Of a stretch of 64,000 bases of DNA, positions 7,698 through 18,497 are shown in pieces. Within the stretch, counting starts at the first letter, position 1. Every line of letters starts with the position of its first letter. A program made the translations under genes and the position numbers. Under the pieces are notes generated by a model. It ran no database searches. It worked only from the letters and a program-made list of their open reading frames with translations, and was not told the DNA's origin. The stretch lies in assembly GCA_947631765.1 (NCBI GenBank), contig CANRMP010000013.1, positions 141 to 64,140 on the forward strand, read 5' to 3'. This DNA comes from an uncultured Clostridia bacterium (GTDB lineage: Bacteria > Bacillota > Clostridia > Oscillospirales > CAG-272).

Positions 7698-10502
7698 TTG
7701 AAACAATACGCTATTAAATTTCTTTCCGCACTGCTTGCTTGTACAATGCTTCTTGGCGCTGTGACCTCATTAATTTCCTGCTCGGATGACAATGATAAAG
7801 GCAAAAATCCGAGTCAGACTACCACCTCGGACGAGGGCGGCGAGAATATAGAAAATCCCGACAATACCACAGAGTACAAAACAGAAGAGGACCCCGCGCT
7901 TGAAATTACCGAGGTCATGATAGAAAATCAAATAGGCGTCACCGCCTCTGACGGCGAGCGCCACCCTTGGATAGAGCTGCACGCAAAAAGAGATGTTAAT
8001 CTTTCGGAGTATTCGCTTTTGTATTCTCAAAAGAATAAATACAACCTGCCCGATAAAGCCCTGAAAGCCGGCGAGTATTACCTTGTTTTCATGTATGAAG
8101 GCGGCTTTAATGTAGCTCCGGCAAGCTCGGCAAATCTCATGCTGACTCACGGGGAGTATCTCTGCCAAAGCATTGTATATTTCAACCCCAATGCAAACTG
8201 CTCCTATGTGGTGAGCGTCGGCAGTGAGACCACAAAACCCACCCCGGGCTATGAAAACGCGCTTGAAGCCGACAGGCTTTTTATCTCCGAGCTTATGTGC
8301 GACAATAACGTTTATCCGATAAACGGTGCCATATGCGACTGGATTGAGGTTTATAACGGAGGGGAAAGCGAAATAAAGCTCTCCGAATACTGGATTTCAG
8401 ACAAGCTTGACGATCCTTATTTGTCACAGCTTCCCGATATAGCTCTTGCCCCCGGAGGCTACTATGTGCTATGCGGCGACAAGGATTTTTCCTTCGGACT
8501 TTCAAGCGGCGGCGAAACGGTTTTTCTCACTCGCAGGGACGGCGTTACCTCCTCAATGATAGTCTATGAGGCATTTGACGAAAACTGCTCCTTTACGCGT
8601 GAGAACGAAATAACAAAATACCCTTCTCCCGGCTTTCCCAACGGCAAGGACGGTTATTATTCCTATATCAACAGCAGAACCGGGCTTGTAATAAACGAGG
8701 TTATCTCCTCCAACTCGAAATTCAAAAAGTACAGCGGAGATTATTACGACATTGTCGAAATATACAACGGAACAAATGCAAGCGTAGATCTCGGCGATTA
8801 TTATCTTTCTGACAAAGCCAAAAACCTGCAAAGATACAAGCTTCCGGACGTCACGCTCGGAGCGGGAAAATATCAGCTTGTATACTGCACCGGAAAGGGC
8901 GGAAAGGACCCGGACTTCGGTATAAGCAGTAAGGGGGAGAACCTACTGCTGACAAATTCCGAGGGGTATGTCTGCGACGCCATGCTTGTCCCCGAGCTGC
9001 TTCACAACATAAGCTACGGCAGAAGCGGCGGAAAATTGGTTTACTTTGAAAATCCTACGCTCGGCAGTGTAAACGGTACGGGCTACGAGGAAATATCGGC
9101 TCCCGCAGTTGCAAGCGTTGCAAGCGGCAAGTATCGCGGCGCGGTATCGGTAACTCTTTCGGGTGAAGGCGATATATATTACACCACCGACGGGACACTG
9201 CCGACAGTCGCTTCAAAGCGTTATCAAGGCGAGACAATAGTCTTTGACAAGACCGGAAATCTCCGCACGATATGCAAAAACGGCTCTTATATCACAAGCC
9301 GTGAGAGCGCTTACACCTACTATGTGGATATACCCGATTATTCGCTTCCTCTCGTCATGGTGGCTGTGGAGGAGAACGCGATGTTCGGAGAGAACGGCAC
9401 GTACACAAAATCCTCCAAAACCGAAATTCCCGGACACGTTTCATTCTATGAGGACGGAGTCGAAAAATTCTCCGTCGGCTGCGGAGTCAAGATTTTCGGC
9501 GGAACCTCAATCTACTATGCGAAAAAGAGCTTCCAGCTCAAATTCCGCGGCAAATACGGCGCCTCGAAGCTTGACTACAAGGTGTTCGACAATCTTGACA
9601 TCGACTCCTTTAATTCCTTGGTTCTGCGCGCCGGCGGTCAGGCTCAGTACCGCAGTATGATAAGCGATGAGGTGGGCACCTCCATTGCAAGTCTGAGCGG
9701 CAACATGCCCTCGCTTCTTGTTCAAAGCTACAAGCCCTGCGATTTGTATATAAACGACCGTTACATGGGCGTTTACTTCATAAGAGAAAAAATAAGCGAC
9801 GACTTTGTCGCCTCGCACCTTGGCGGCGACCCGAGCGAGACAACAATAATTAAGGACTTCTGGAACGGCAGTTACGCAGTTGCGGGTGTTGATGGCGCAG
9901 AGTGGAAGGAAATATGGTCGTTTGTTCAGAAAAAGGACCTTACAGTGGCTTCAAACTATGAATATTTAAAGTCGGTCATTGACTTTGACAGCCTTATCGA
10001 CTTTTATATCATGGAAATGTTTGTGGGCAACACCGACTCGGGCAACGTGAGACTGTGCAAAACAAGGTACGGGGACGGCAAATGGAGGTGGATACTCTTT
10101 GACCTTGACCTCTCCTTCGAGATACAAAAAAGCGGAGCAAACACCTACCTCGGCTCTCTAAGCGCAAAAAAACGCCCCTTCAACCCCGTCATTTACAACC
10201 TGCTCAAAAACAAGGAGTTTTCGCAATACTTTGAAGATAGGCTTATGATGCACGTTGGCTCGACTCTTTCAAACGAAAACGTCAGGGCGCGCATTGACGC
10301 GGTGTATAACGAAATCGCCCCCGACATGCTTTATGAAATAGACCGCTGGAAGGACGTTCCCGACAGCGCGGGAATGGCAAGACTGCGCTCGGTTTCCTCA
10401 TGGCAGAACAAGGTTGAAGCGCTTTACCGCCGCGCCAGCGCCGAATATCTCGAGCAATACGTTTCCGAGGTCAAGGCGGCGCTTGCCAAAATAAAAAAAT
10501 AA
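7698..10502 (+). CDS. Secreted lipoprotein with three lamin-tail (LTD) repeats, a chitobiase-C-like module and a CotH kinase-family domain
   Basis: Signal peptide with lipobox LISC. LTD-like repeats (LEITEVM..WIELH, LFISELM..DWIEVYNGG, LVINEVI..DIVEIYNG..LGDYYLSDK). GDIYYTTDGTLPT. CotH pattern FGGTSIYYAKKSFQLKFRGKYG..LVLRAGGQ..YINDRYMGVYFIREKI. TTG start behind RBS AGGGGG. Confidence 0.75.
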   Translation: MKQYAIKFLSALLACTMLLGAVTSLISCSDDNDKGKNPSQTTTSDEGGENIENPDNTTEYKTEEDPALEITEVMIENQIGVTASDGERHPWIELHAKRDVNLSEYSLLYSQKNKYNLPDKALKAGEYYLVFMYEGGFNVAPASSANLMLTHGEYLCQSIVYFNPNANCSYVVSVGSETTKPTPGYENALEADRLFISELMCDNNVYPINGAICDWIEVYNGGESEIKLSEYWISDKLDDPYLSQLPDIALAPGGYYVLCGDKDFSFGLSSGGETVFLTRRDGVTSSMIVYEAFDENCSFTRENEITKYPSPGFPNGKDGYYSYINSRTGLVINEVISSNSKFKKYSGDYYDIVEIYNGTNASVDLGDYYLSDKAKNLQRYKLPDVTLGAGKYQLVYCTGKGGKDPDFGISSKGENLLLTNSEGYVCDAMLVPELLHNISYGRSGGKLVYFENPTLGSVNGTGYEEISAPAVASVASGKYRGAVSVTLSGEGDIYYTTDGTLPTVASKRYQGETIVFDKTGNLRTICKNGSYITSRESAYTYYVDIPDYSLPLVMVAVEENAMFGENGTYTKSSKTEIPGHVSFYEDGVEKFSVGCGVKIFGGTSIYYAKKSFQLKFRGKYGASKLDYKVFDNLDIDSFNSLVLRAGGQAQYRSMISDEVGTSIASLSGNMPSLLVQSYKPCDLYINDRYMGVYFIREKISDDFVASHLGGDPSETTIIKDFWNGSYAVAGVDGAEWKEIWSFVQKKDLTVASNYEYLKSVIDFDSLIDFYIMEMFVGNTDSGNVRLCKTRYGDGKWRWILFDLDLSFEIQKSGANTYLGSLSAKKRPFNPVIYNLLKNKEFSQYFEDRLMMHVGSTLSNENVRARIDAVYNEIAPDMLYEIDRWKDVPDSAGMARLRSVSSWQNKVEALYRRASAEYLEQYVSEVKAALAKIKK

Positions 10503-10788
10503 CCCTCGCGCCGCGGCAACTTCTGCCTTTGCGGACTTTCAAGGTCTCGGCTTTATGCCCGAGACCTTTGAATATTTCATTTTGCGCGGAAAACAAGCGC
10601 GGCGCCGACAATCTCTATAATACCTTGAAAATTCAAGAAAATAAAATTGCAGGTATTTACATAAAAACACAAAATTAAATACCGATTTGCGATTGCAGAG
10701 CGGGCATGTAATGTGATATAATAATGATATAATAAAACGCTATAAAGTATTTTCAATATAAATTAAAGTGTGATTTTGAGGTGAACTT

Positions 10789-12858
10789 ATGAAAAGATTG
10801 CATGTAAAAAATATTATACCGATTTTGCTTGCACTTTCCCTGCTTTTTTCCTCCTTTGCGGCGTGCAAGAATCAAACCTCGACGAGTTTGGGCTCTGACC
10901 CGACCCTCTCTTCTCAACCAGAAGTTACAACAACAAAGCCGGATGAAGTATCGGAGAACACGACTCATTCGCAAACAGATGAGGAAAATCCGCCTGTTGT
11001 CACCCCCGAGCCCGTGGTTGTCGAAAATATTGAGTCTGTCCCCTTGGCGGAAAATAACGAGCTTGTCGAGCTGCGTTTTAACAATGAAAAATATTACACT
11101 GGCGACACCGTAATTCAGAGCGGGAATATTTACAATAATCAGCTTCTGCTCATAAACTGTACTTATGTTATGAATGAGGAGGAGACCGACGATTTCGGCG
11201 ACCCGATATGGGATACTTATTGGTCTATTGACCTTTTTGACCTTGAAAAGGGCGCGTATCGCGGCAGGTGCGACCTTGGAAAAAAACAGCTGAGCGACGC
11301 GGGCTTTTTAGAGGACGGAACAATTTACTTTACGGCGTTTGACGACAACACCGGCTACGATAATCTTGAGATATACGTTTTTATCTCCTTTCCCGAACAG
11401 ACAAGCAAGCTTTTGAGCATGGATTCTTCCTGCTTTTGCGGAATAAGCAATGACGGCAGAGTGTGGACACTTGACTTTGAAGCCCGACTTTTGCGCGGAC
11501 TTACTCCCTTTGACAACCGCCCGGATTTGCAGTTTGACGCAGATGAGGACTGGTCAAGCGCAACTTATACCGGAACGGGCAACGGATGCGCGTATTTTCT
11601 CATTTATGACGATGCATGGAACTCCTCTTTTATCGGAATAAATCTTTCAGACGGTACCTTGACCGATTATCCGCATCTTCGAAACGTAAATTGGGAATTT
11701 GAAAATATCCTCCCGCTTTATTCGAATGATTCTTGGATGATAGTATTGCCAAACAATCCGTATACCATCAACACCTTCCCGAAAAACAACGATTTCGGCT
11801 TTATCAGCGCGGCGGCGGGTACCTTCTTTGCGGAATATCAATACCTTGATGAGGTCGGCGTTTTCACGGTATATGACGCCAAAAACGGCTCAATGCTCGG
11901 CAGTATTGCCGAAACGGAGGGGATTTTCGGCACAACGATTCTTTGCATGGACGAGAGCGGAAGACTCTTCTTTACCTGCTATGGCAACGAGGAAGGAAAC
12001 GGAGTGCCGCGCATTGTTGTATGGCAATACGACACAAAAGAGCCGCAGCCCTCAAATAGCTTTCGAAAAATCGACGTCAGGGGCAGCAGCAGCGAGGCAA
12101 GGCGCCTTGAAAACGAAATATATATGACCTACGGCATACACGTATTTTTCGATGAAATATCACTTTCCGACCTTGTTTGGGACTACACCTGCGAGTATAT
12201 AGACGACGAGCTACAAATAGTAAACGCGCTTAAAGATTTGAAAGAGGCGCTTGCAAAATATCCGCAGGGCTTCTTTGAAGAGCTTTGCACGAGCAGCTTC
12301 AGGGGTGTTGAAATATATCTTTGCGGCAGCTTCACGCCTACCGGAGAAACCGGAATAAGCAGTGCGGCAGCGCTTACAAGTACCAAAAACGGCGCTATTA
12401 TAATGGCGTTCAATATTAACTATATGTATATGGTCGAGCAGAACCTCTCTCATGAGCTTATGCACGCCATGGAGCATAGAATAGAGGAGTATTGCGAAGA
12501 AAACGGGATTGCCTATCAGGATGAATGGAATGCGCTCAACCCCTCAAAATTCAAGTATTACGACTCCTACCATGACAAAAACGGAAACGAAATAAGCGAC
12601 ACCACCTACACCCTTTGGGAAGGAAGCCGCAAAGCTTGGTTTGTCGACCCGTACTCAAAGTCGTACGCAACGGAGGACCGTGCAAGAGTGTTTGAAAATC
12701 TCTTTGTGGCAAACGGCAACGCCTTTGAAAGCTCGCACCTTATGGCAAAAGCCGAGTATCTTTGCGGTCTTATAAGAACAGTCTTTAAATCGGTACAAAA
12801 CGCCGAAAGCGTATCCTGGGAGCGACTGCTTGAAAACAGAGTTCAAAAAGCGGCGTGA
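10789..12858 (+). CDS. Lipoprotein of unknown function with a C-terminal zincin (HExxH) metalloprotease-like region
   Basis: Signal peptide with lipobox-like FAAC. A Thr/Pro-rich linker. HELMHAMEH motif near residue 545. RBS GAGGTG. Confidence 0.6.
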   Translation: MKRLHVKNIIPILLALSLLFSSFAACKNQTSTSLGSDPTLSSQPEVTTTKPDEVSENTTHSQTDEENPPVVTPEPVVVENIESVPLAENNELVELRFNNEKYYTGDTVIQSGNIYNNQLLLINCTYVMNEEETDDFGDPIWDTYWSIDLFDLEKGAYRGRCDLGKKQLSDAGFLEDGTIYFTAFDDNTGYDNLEIYVFISFPEQTSKLLSMDSSCFCGISNDGRVWTLDFEARLLRGLTPFDNRPDLQFDADEDWSSATYTGTGNGCAYFLIYDDAWNSSFIGINLSDGTLTDYPHLRNVNWEFENILPLYSNDSWMIVLPNNPYTINTFPKNNDFGFISAAAGTFFAEYQYLDEVGVFTVYDAKNGSMLGSIAETEGIFGTTILCMDESGRLFFTCYGNEEGNGVPRIVVWQYDTKEPQPSNSFRKIDVRGSSSEARRLENEIYMTYGIHVFFDEISLSDLVWDYTCEYIDDELQIVNALKDLKEALAKYPQGFFEELCTSSFRGVEIYLCGSFTPTGETGISSAAALTSTKNGAIIMAFNINYMYMVEQNLSHELMHAMEHRIEEYCEENGIAYQDEWNALNPSKFKYYDSYHDKNGNEISDTTYTLWEGSRKAWFVDPYSKSYATEDRARVFENLFVANGNAFESSHLMAKAEYLCGLIRTVFKSVQNAESVSWERLLENRVQKAA

Positions 12859-12894
12859 CCTTTTGCCCGCATTAACGAAAAAGCTTGGTGAAAT

Positions 12895-13806
12895 ATGAAG
12901 GGTATACTTGTTACAAACAGTTTTTTAGTCGGCAAAAAATTTGACGATTTGACGTTGTTTATTATGCAAAGCGCCAAGGCGCGCGGGGTTACGCTGCTCT
13001 CTTTGACAAATTCAAAGCTGATACAAAAGCTCTCCTTTCCAAAAAGCGCCTCCTTGGAGTTTTTAAAAAACGAAGGAATAGATTTTGTACTTTTTTGGGA
13101 TAAGGACATTCGGCTTGCAAGTTATCTTGAAGCTCTCGGAATGAGGGTTTTTAACTCCTCCAAGGCAATTGAAGTATGCGACGACAAGTCTTTAACCTAT
13201 ATTAAGCTGTGCGAGAGCGGCATACCGATGCCGAAAACGACCTTTTCGCCGAAAATGTTCTTTCGCCCGGACAGCTTTTCCAAAGACTATCCCGAGGGCT
13301 TTGTCCTCTCTCTTGAAAGGGCGCTTCCTTATCCCATTGTGGTAAAGGAGTGTTACGGCTCCTTCGGGTATCAGGTCTATCTTGCAAAGGACCGCGAAGA
13401 ATTGACAAAGCTTATGGCAGACCTTGCCCCAAAACCGCTCGTCTTTCAGGAATTTATCAAAACCACGCCAAACGGCGCGGGAGGACGAGACCTGCGCTTG
13501 CACGTGGTGGGTGAAAGAGTGGTAACGGCAATGGAAAGAAGAAGCTCGGACGATTTTCGCGCCAACGTCACAAACGGGGGAAAAATGTCGCCTTACACTC
13601 CCTCAAAGGAGGAAGAAAGCATAGCTCTTGCCGCCTGCAGCAAGCTTGGACTTGACTTTGCGGGGGTCGACCTGCTTGTAAATGAAAATGGAGAGCCGCT
13701 TATTTGCGAGGTAAATTCAAACGCGCATTTTGTCAACATCTTTTCCTGCACCGGGGTCAACGTGGCTGACTTTATAATAGATCATATCGCAAAGGAGCTT
13801 TCATGA
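12895..13806 (+). CDS. ATP-grasp ligase, RimK family
   Basis: ATP-grasp pattern PIVVKECYGSFGYQVYLA, RDLRLHVVG, FRANVTNGG, AGVDLL..ICEVNSNA. Confidence 0.75.
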   Translation: MKGILVTNSFLVGKKFDDLTLFIMQSAKARGVTLLSLTNSKLIQKLSFPKSASLEFLKNEGIDFVLFWDKDIRLASYLEALGMRVFNSSKAIEVCDDKSLTYIKLCESGIPMPKTTFSPKMFFRPDSFSKDYPEGFVLSLERALPYPIVVKECYGSFGYQVYLAKDREELTKLMADLAPKPLVFQEFIKTTPNGAGGRDLRLHVVGERVVTAMERRSSDDFRANVTNGGKMSPYTPSKEEESIALAACSKLGLDFAGVDLLVNENGEPLICEVNSNAHFVNIFSCTGVNVADFIIDHIAKELS

Positions 13807-14648
13807 CCGGTTACCTTATATATAACAAAAAGGAAGCCGCACGCAACAGCTTCTTTATCGGTGAGCTAATTAAAGAAGGACAGGCGCGCTTGCTTGACAT
13901 TTCGCTTATACTTGAAGAGGACCTGTCGCCGGGTATTTGCTCTTCCGACTTTCTTGTGACAAGCGATAACAAAAAGCTCAAAAAGCCGGATTTTGTCATT
14001 GCAAGGTCTCAAAATTACATTCTCTCAAAGCACTTTGAATACATGGGCGTGCGCGTTTTCAACACTTCTAAGGTGTGCCGAATATGTAACGACAAAATGC
14101 AAACCTATCAGCTTGCCGCAAGCCTTGACATTCCGATAATGGAAACACGACTTATAAACTGTCAAAATTCCCCCGCCTCTCCCTTTTTCCCCTGCGTAAT
14201 AAAGCCGACAGGAGGAAAGGGAGGAGAAAACGTCTTTATGGCGCACGATATGGGAGAGTATGAAAAAATAATTTCAAGCTTTCCCGAAAAGTACGCGCTT
14301 GTTCAGAAATGCGCCTCAACTCTTGGCAGAGACAGCAGAATTTACGTTATGGGGGGAGAGATAATTTGCGCCTTTACCCGAATTTCAAAGGGCGATTTTC
14401 GCAGTAATTTCTGCCTTGGCGGACAAGCGGAGCCGCACACTCCCACAAGAGCCGAGCGCCTTGCCGTAGAAAAGCTTTGCAAGGCGCTAAAGCCCGACTA
14501 TGTGGGTATCGATTTTGTTTACAATGACGGTGAGCCGATATTCAACGAGATAGAGGACGCCGTCGGCGCCAGGATGGTTTATACGCTCTCCGACATTAAT
14601 ATTGCCGCAATGTACGTAAAATACATCAAGGATACTATCGGCGGCTGA
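13803..14648 (+). CDS. ATP-grasp ligase, RimK family (paralogue, 4-nt overlap with the previous gene)
   Basis: PCVIKPTGGKGGENVFM, DSRIYVMGG, FRSNFCLGG, VGIDFVY..FNEIEDA. Confidence 0.7.
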   Translation: MTGYLIYNKKEAARNSFFIGELIKEGQARLLDISLILEEDLSPGICSSDFLVTSDNKKLKKPDFVIARSQNYILSKHFEYMGVRVFNTSKVCRICNDKMQTYQLAASLDIPIMETRLINCQNSPASPFFPCVIKPTGGKGGENVFMAHDMGEYEKIISSFPEKYALVQKCASTLGRDSRIYVMGGEIICAFTRISKGDFRSNFCLGGQAEPHTPTRAERLAVEKLCKALKPDYVGIDFVYNDGEPIFNEIEDAVGARMVYTLSDINIAAMYVKYIKDTIGG

Positions 14649-14680
14649 TACCTATTTGTTTTTCTTCTCTTTTGAATAAC

Positions 14681-14732
14681 CGCGCAAAAGCGGCACTGCC
14701 ACAAGGCTGTGCCGCTTTTGCGCGATTTTTTT
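14681..14732. terminator. Bidirectional rho-independent terminator between convergent genes
   Basis: CGCGCAAAAGCGGCAC (14681-14696) pairs with GTGCCGCTTTTGCGCG (14709-14724), followed by a T-run. Confidence 0.7.
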
Positions 14733-14767
14733 GCCGTCTTATGTGAAAAGACAAGCTGAATTTTTTG

Positions 14768-15466
14768 TTATTCTTTGTTTTGGGATTTTTCCTTGTCGTG
14801 CATGATGGTTTTAAAATACTCTTCTTTGTAATAATCGTTGTCGACAAGCGGAGCTTCAAAAACGATTTTATTATCCTTAAAGAAGCGGACGAAATTGACC
14901 TTAACGTCGTTTTTAAGCGTATCCGTTTCAATGCGCACGCTGTCAAAATCGTCAAGCGAAAGCTTCATTTCAACATCCGTCGTTCCCTCTTTAACAAGAG
15001 AAATTGTTCTTTGCTTAATGCTTACAACTCCGTTTTTCTCATAGAAGAAGCTGATTATAAGGTCTTCGTTGATGTAATTGCCGCTCTTTAGCTTCCTTGC
15101 CCTGTCGATATTGTCGTTTGTTATGCGGCATCCCGCAAACACAAGCGATTTTTCATCGGCATCCGAGGGGTACTCAAGCTTTTCGAGACATTCGTCATTA
15201 AGCGCTTTAATTAAGCTGTCTGTGTCGCCCGTTACCTCGCTCTCCTTAACTATGCGGCTAAGCGCAATAAACAAGAGAATCACGCCGATAACAATGAGGG
15301 GAGTGCCCGCATAACGCAGTATCACAAAAATAATCCCGCCTACAAAAGCGCGTAAAATATAAAGAAGAATTGCAAGCCCTAACGCCGCGCCGCTGACTAT
15401 AAATATCTTTGAGGTCGTTTGGTTGAATTTGGTATCAAAATACCGCTGGTTGTTTTTGTAATCCAT
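14768..15466 (-). CDS. Membrane protein of unknown function (two N-terminal TM helices plus a soluble C-terminal domain)
   Basis: 232-aa ORF with two hydrophobic helices (IFIVSGAALGLAILLYIL.. and LIVIGVILLFIAL). No family recognised. Confidence 0.5.
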   Translation of the reverse strand: MDYKNNQRYFDTKFNQTTSKIFIVSGAALGLAILLYILRAFVGGIIFVILRYAGTPLIVIGVILLFIALSRIVKESEVTGDTDSLIKALNDECLEKLEYPSDADEKSLVFAGCRITNDNIDRARKLKSGNYINEDLIISFFYEKNGVVSIKQRTISLVKEGTTDVEMKLSLDDFDSVRIETDTLKNDVKVNFVRFFKDNKIVFEAPLVDNDYYKEEYFKTIMHDKEKSQNKE

Positions 15467-15737
15467 TTTTCCTCACTACCTTTAAAAAGGATTCCTTTCA
15501 TAAGCCGCCTTGCCGCACCCGGTCACCCGCTATGACAGAGGGCAGGCAAGCTCTGCCCTTTTGAATATGTAAAAAGCGCAAGCCTATTTTCAAAAGGTCA
15601 GTCAGTTTGTTTTTGTATAAAAATCCCCGCTTTGCTATCATATCACACTTTTAGTGTTAATTCAATAGTAATTTAGAAAAAACCATTTGATTTTTTTGCA
15701 AAATTAGCTCTCAAAATATCATAATTTGGAAATTTCT

Positions 15738-17423
15738 TTAATATTGCTCCTCAAGCCACTTTGATATTTTGTCCGTGATAAACCCGAGCGTTCCTTCCTC
15801 AAGCGGCGAGCGAAGCCCGACAGCCTTCACCAGTCCCACAAAGGTATCACTGCCCGCAAGCTTCACAAAGTCAAGATAGGTGGCAAACGCCTTTTTGCTG
15901 TCGGCAAGGTGAAGCGAAAATATTTCAAGCGACATGGTTTGCGCCATGCAGTAATCTATATAATAGAATGGGTAAATATATATGTGCAGCTGTCTTTGCC
16001 AGCCTGCGCCCCTGCCGTAAAAGGGTATTCCCTCAAGGTCAATATAGGGTCGGTATATCCTTTCAAGCCCTGCCCACGCCATATTTCTTTCCTCGGGCGT
16101 CATTTCGGGATTTTTGTAGACTATCTCCTGAAAATGGTCAACCATTGTCCCGTACGGCAGGAAAAGCAGAGCGTCCTCGGTGTGAGAAATTTGATACTTT
16201 TTGGTATCCTCCTTAAAAAACAGGCGGTGCCAGGGAGAGGTGAGAAATTCCATTGACATAGAATGTGTTTCCGCGCCCTCCATTGAAGGCATGGCGAGCA
16301 TATCCCATTTAATGGTTCTGTCCGCTATATATGAGGCAAAGGCGTGCCCCGCCTCATGGGTAAGCACGTCGACGTCTCCCGAGGTGCCGTTGAAATTCGA
16401 AAAAATAAACGGATATTTGTACTCCGGGATTGAGGTGCAATAGCCGCCCGGAGCCTTTCCCTTCTTGGCGACAAGGTCAAAAAGCTCGTTTTCCTTCATG
16501 AGCTTTATAAACTCCGCAGTTTCCGGGGACATTTCGGTGTACATTTTAACGGCGCACTCGACAAGCTCCTCGGGTGTGCCCTTAGGTGTGGCGTTGCCGT
16601 CGGCAAAGCTGAAGCCTTTATCATAATACTTGTAATCCCGAACGCCTATGCGCCCTTTGATATTTTCGGTGACCTTGGCGGCAAGCGGGACAACGTCGCG
16701 TATTATCTGATTTCTGAACACTTCAACGTCCGAGGGACCGTAACAGTTTCTGCCTCGGCGCAGATAAGCGAGCTCGACGTAATTTTCCATTCCGAGCATT
16801 TTTGCCTGCTTGGTTCTGTTTTTAACGAGCTTGTCGAATATATCGTCGAATTTTTCGCGGTTTTCATCAAAAAATCCGCTCTCCGCAAAGGTTGCTGCCC
16901 TTCTTATCTCACGGTCGGGGCTCTGCTTGTAGCTCCCGAGCTGCGCTATTGTAAGCTGCTCTCCCATAAAATCGACCTTTGCGCCGGCGTACAGCTTTTG
17001 ATACTCCGACTCAAGCTCGCTTTCCTCCTGCATCAGCGGTATAATTTCGGGAGAAAAGGATTTTATGTCCATTTCGGTGTTGATAAAGGTGATTTTTCCA
17101 AGCTCCTTTTCAAGCTCGGGGCGAAATTTTGAATTTAGCATTGCATACGACATCTTCTGATATTTTTCGGCAAGGAGGGGACCCATTTTGTCATAATAGC
17201 TCTTTTCAGCGTCGTAAAACTCGTCCTCTGTGTTTATCGTGTGCCTTATGTAGGCAACGCTGCTCATCGAATCATAGTGCTTTTGCGTTTTTTGAAGCTT
17301 GTCAAGAAGACTAAGCTGAACCTCGGCGCTCTCTGCCCTCTCAAAATCACGCGTTATTTCTTCGACCTTTGCCATAAGCTCCTCTGCGCTGACTCTCTCA
17401 TAGGGTATTTCACAAAATTTCAT
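15738..17423 (-). CDS. pepF: M3-family oligoendopeptidase F
   Basis: HEAGHAF zinc motif and PepF-like length and pattern. Start moved to ATG 17423, behind the GGAG RBS. Confidence 0.85.
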   Translation of the reverse strand: MKFCEIPYERVSAEELMAKVEEITRDFERAESAEVQLSLLDKLQKTQKHYDSMSSVAYIRHTINTEDEFYDAEKSYYDKMGPLLAEKYQKMSYAMLNSKFRPELEKELGKITFINTEMDIKSFSPEIIPLMQEESELESEYQKLYAGAKVDFMGEQLTIAQLGSYKQSPDREIRRAATFAESGFFDENREKFDDIFDKLVKNRTKQAKMLGMENYVELAYLRRGRNCYGPSDVEVFRNQIIRDVVPLAAKVTENIKGRIGVRDYKYYDKGFSFADGNATPKGTPEELVECAVKMYTEMSPETAEFIKLMKENELFDLVAKKGKAPGGYCTSIPEYKYPFIFSNFNGTSGDVDVLTHEAGHAFASYIADRTIKWDMLAMPSMEGAETHSMSMEFLTSPWHRLFFKEDTKKYQISHTEDALLFLPYGTMVDHFQEIVYKNPEMTPEERNMAWAGLERIYRPYIDLEGIPFYGRGAGWQRQLHIYIYPFYYIDYCMAQTMSLEIFSLHLADSKKAFATYLDFVKLAGSDTFVGLVKAVGLRSPLEEGTLGFITDKISKWLEEQY

Positions 17424-17593
17424 AACATTTCTCCGTATATTTTTATATTTTCGCACCGCCGCCAAGTCCTCGGCGCCGCATTGCTTCACATTGTATTTTA
17501 CATTGCTCTTTATTATATATTATTGTCCGCCGCTTGTCAATAAAAATCACAAGTAAAATTTATAAGGGTATATTTTTCGGCTTTGCTCAAACT

Positions 17594-17628
17594 CAAAAAT
17601 TTCGGGGAACGCTTGGCGTTCCCCGAAA
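17594..17628 (-). terminator. Rho-independent terminator of the TPR-protein gene
   Basis: TTCGGGGAACGC pairs with GCGTTCCCCGAA (17601-17627), with a T-run on the minus strand. Confidence 0.6.
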
Positions 17629-17645
17629 AGAGAGAGTATAAAAGG

Positions 17646-18440
17646 TCAATTTGAAAGCTCCTTTGAGAGCTCATATGCGGTCTTAACGCAAAAAAGTGCG
17701 TTGCCGTTGTGCATTACGTATTGCAGCATCTCCGAGGCTTTTTGAGTATCGCCGCGAGAGGCGTATATTCTTGCCCTGAGCAGTGAGGCAAAAACCATGT
17801 TTTGAGTTATTTTTTCATTGATATTTGTCCCCTCGAGCAGCTTTTCCGCCTCGTCATAGTTGCCCTGCCGCACCAAAATCTCAGCTCTTGAAGCGCAAAG
17901 CATAGAGTTAAATCTCTTTCCCCTCTTTCCCAGGGTTTTATGCGCTTCCTCGGCTCTTTCGAGCAGCTCCAAAGCCTTTGTGGTATCGCCGGTCTCAAGC
18001 GATAAAAGCGAAAAATTGTTGTAATACACCGTCCGAAGAACCGCCGAAGAACTCTCAATAATATCTGCAAGCTCATTGTTTATCGCAAGGCTCTTTGCAA
18101 ATTCTCCGGCGTTGTAATATCCGCAGGCAAGGTTAATCTTAAACGTCATATTACCCTTTTCGCCCTCAAGCCGCCTTTCGCACACCTCTATAAGCGGGTA
18201 CGGGTCGCACTTGTTGTTAAGCTCTATTATCGCGCTGTTAACGGGCTTTAGCCTTATGGAGCAAACGTTAAGCCATGAGAAGGGCACAATGAGAATATCA
18301 ATTAGAATATACGCCCAAAGCTTAACCTCAAGGGCCAGAAAGAGAATAGTATATATAGCTATAAGTATAAGTGAAAAAATCGCCGTTGCCAATATCGGCT
18401 GCTTTTCACAAAGCTTTTTCATAACTTGAGACCTCAACAT
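17646..18440 (-). CDS. Membrane-anchored TPR-repeat protein
   Basis: Two N-terminal TM helices followed by TPR-like repeats (GEFAKSLAINNE, GDTTKALELLERAEEAH, GNYDEAEKLLEG, GDTQKASEMLQY). An alternative start lies at 18422. Confidence 0.55.
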   Translation of the reverse strand: MLRSQVMKKLCEKQPILATAIFSLILIAIYTILFLALEVKLWAYILIDILIVPFSWLNVCSIRLKPVNSAIIELNNKCDPYPLIEVCERRLEGEKGNMTFKINLACGYYNAGEFAKSLAINNELADIIESSSAVLRTVYYNNFSLLSLETGDTTKALELLERAEEAHKTLGKRGKRFNSMLCASRAEILVRQGNYDEAEKLLEGTNINEKITQNMVFASLLRARIYASRGDTQKASEMLQYVMHNGNALFCVKTAYELSKELSN

Positions 18441-18497
18441 CCGATACTAAATCATAATCCGACTGCAATTTGCAGTGCACATTTTTAAAACTTTAAT

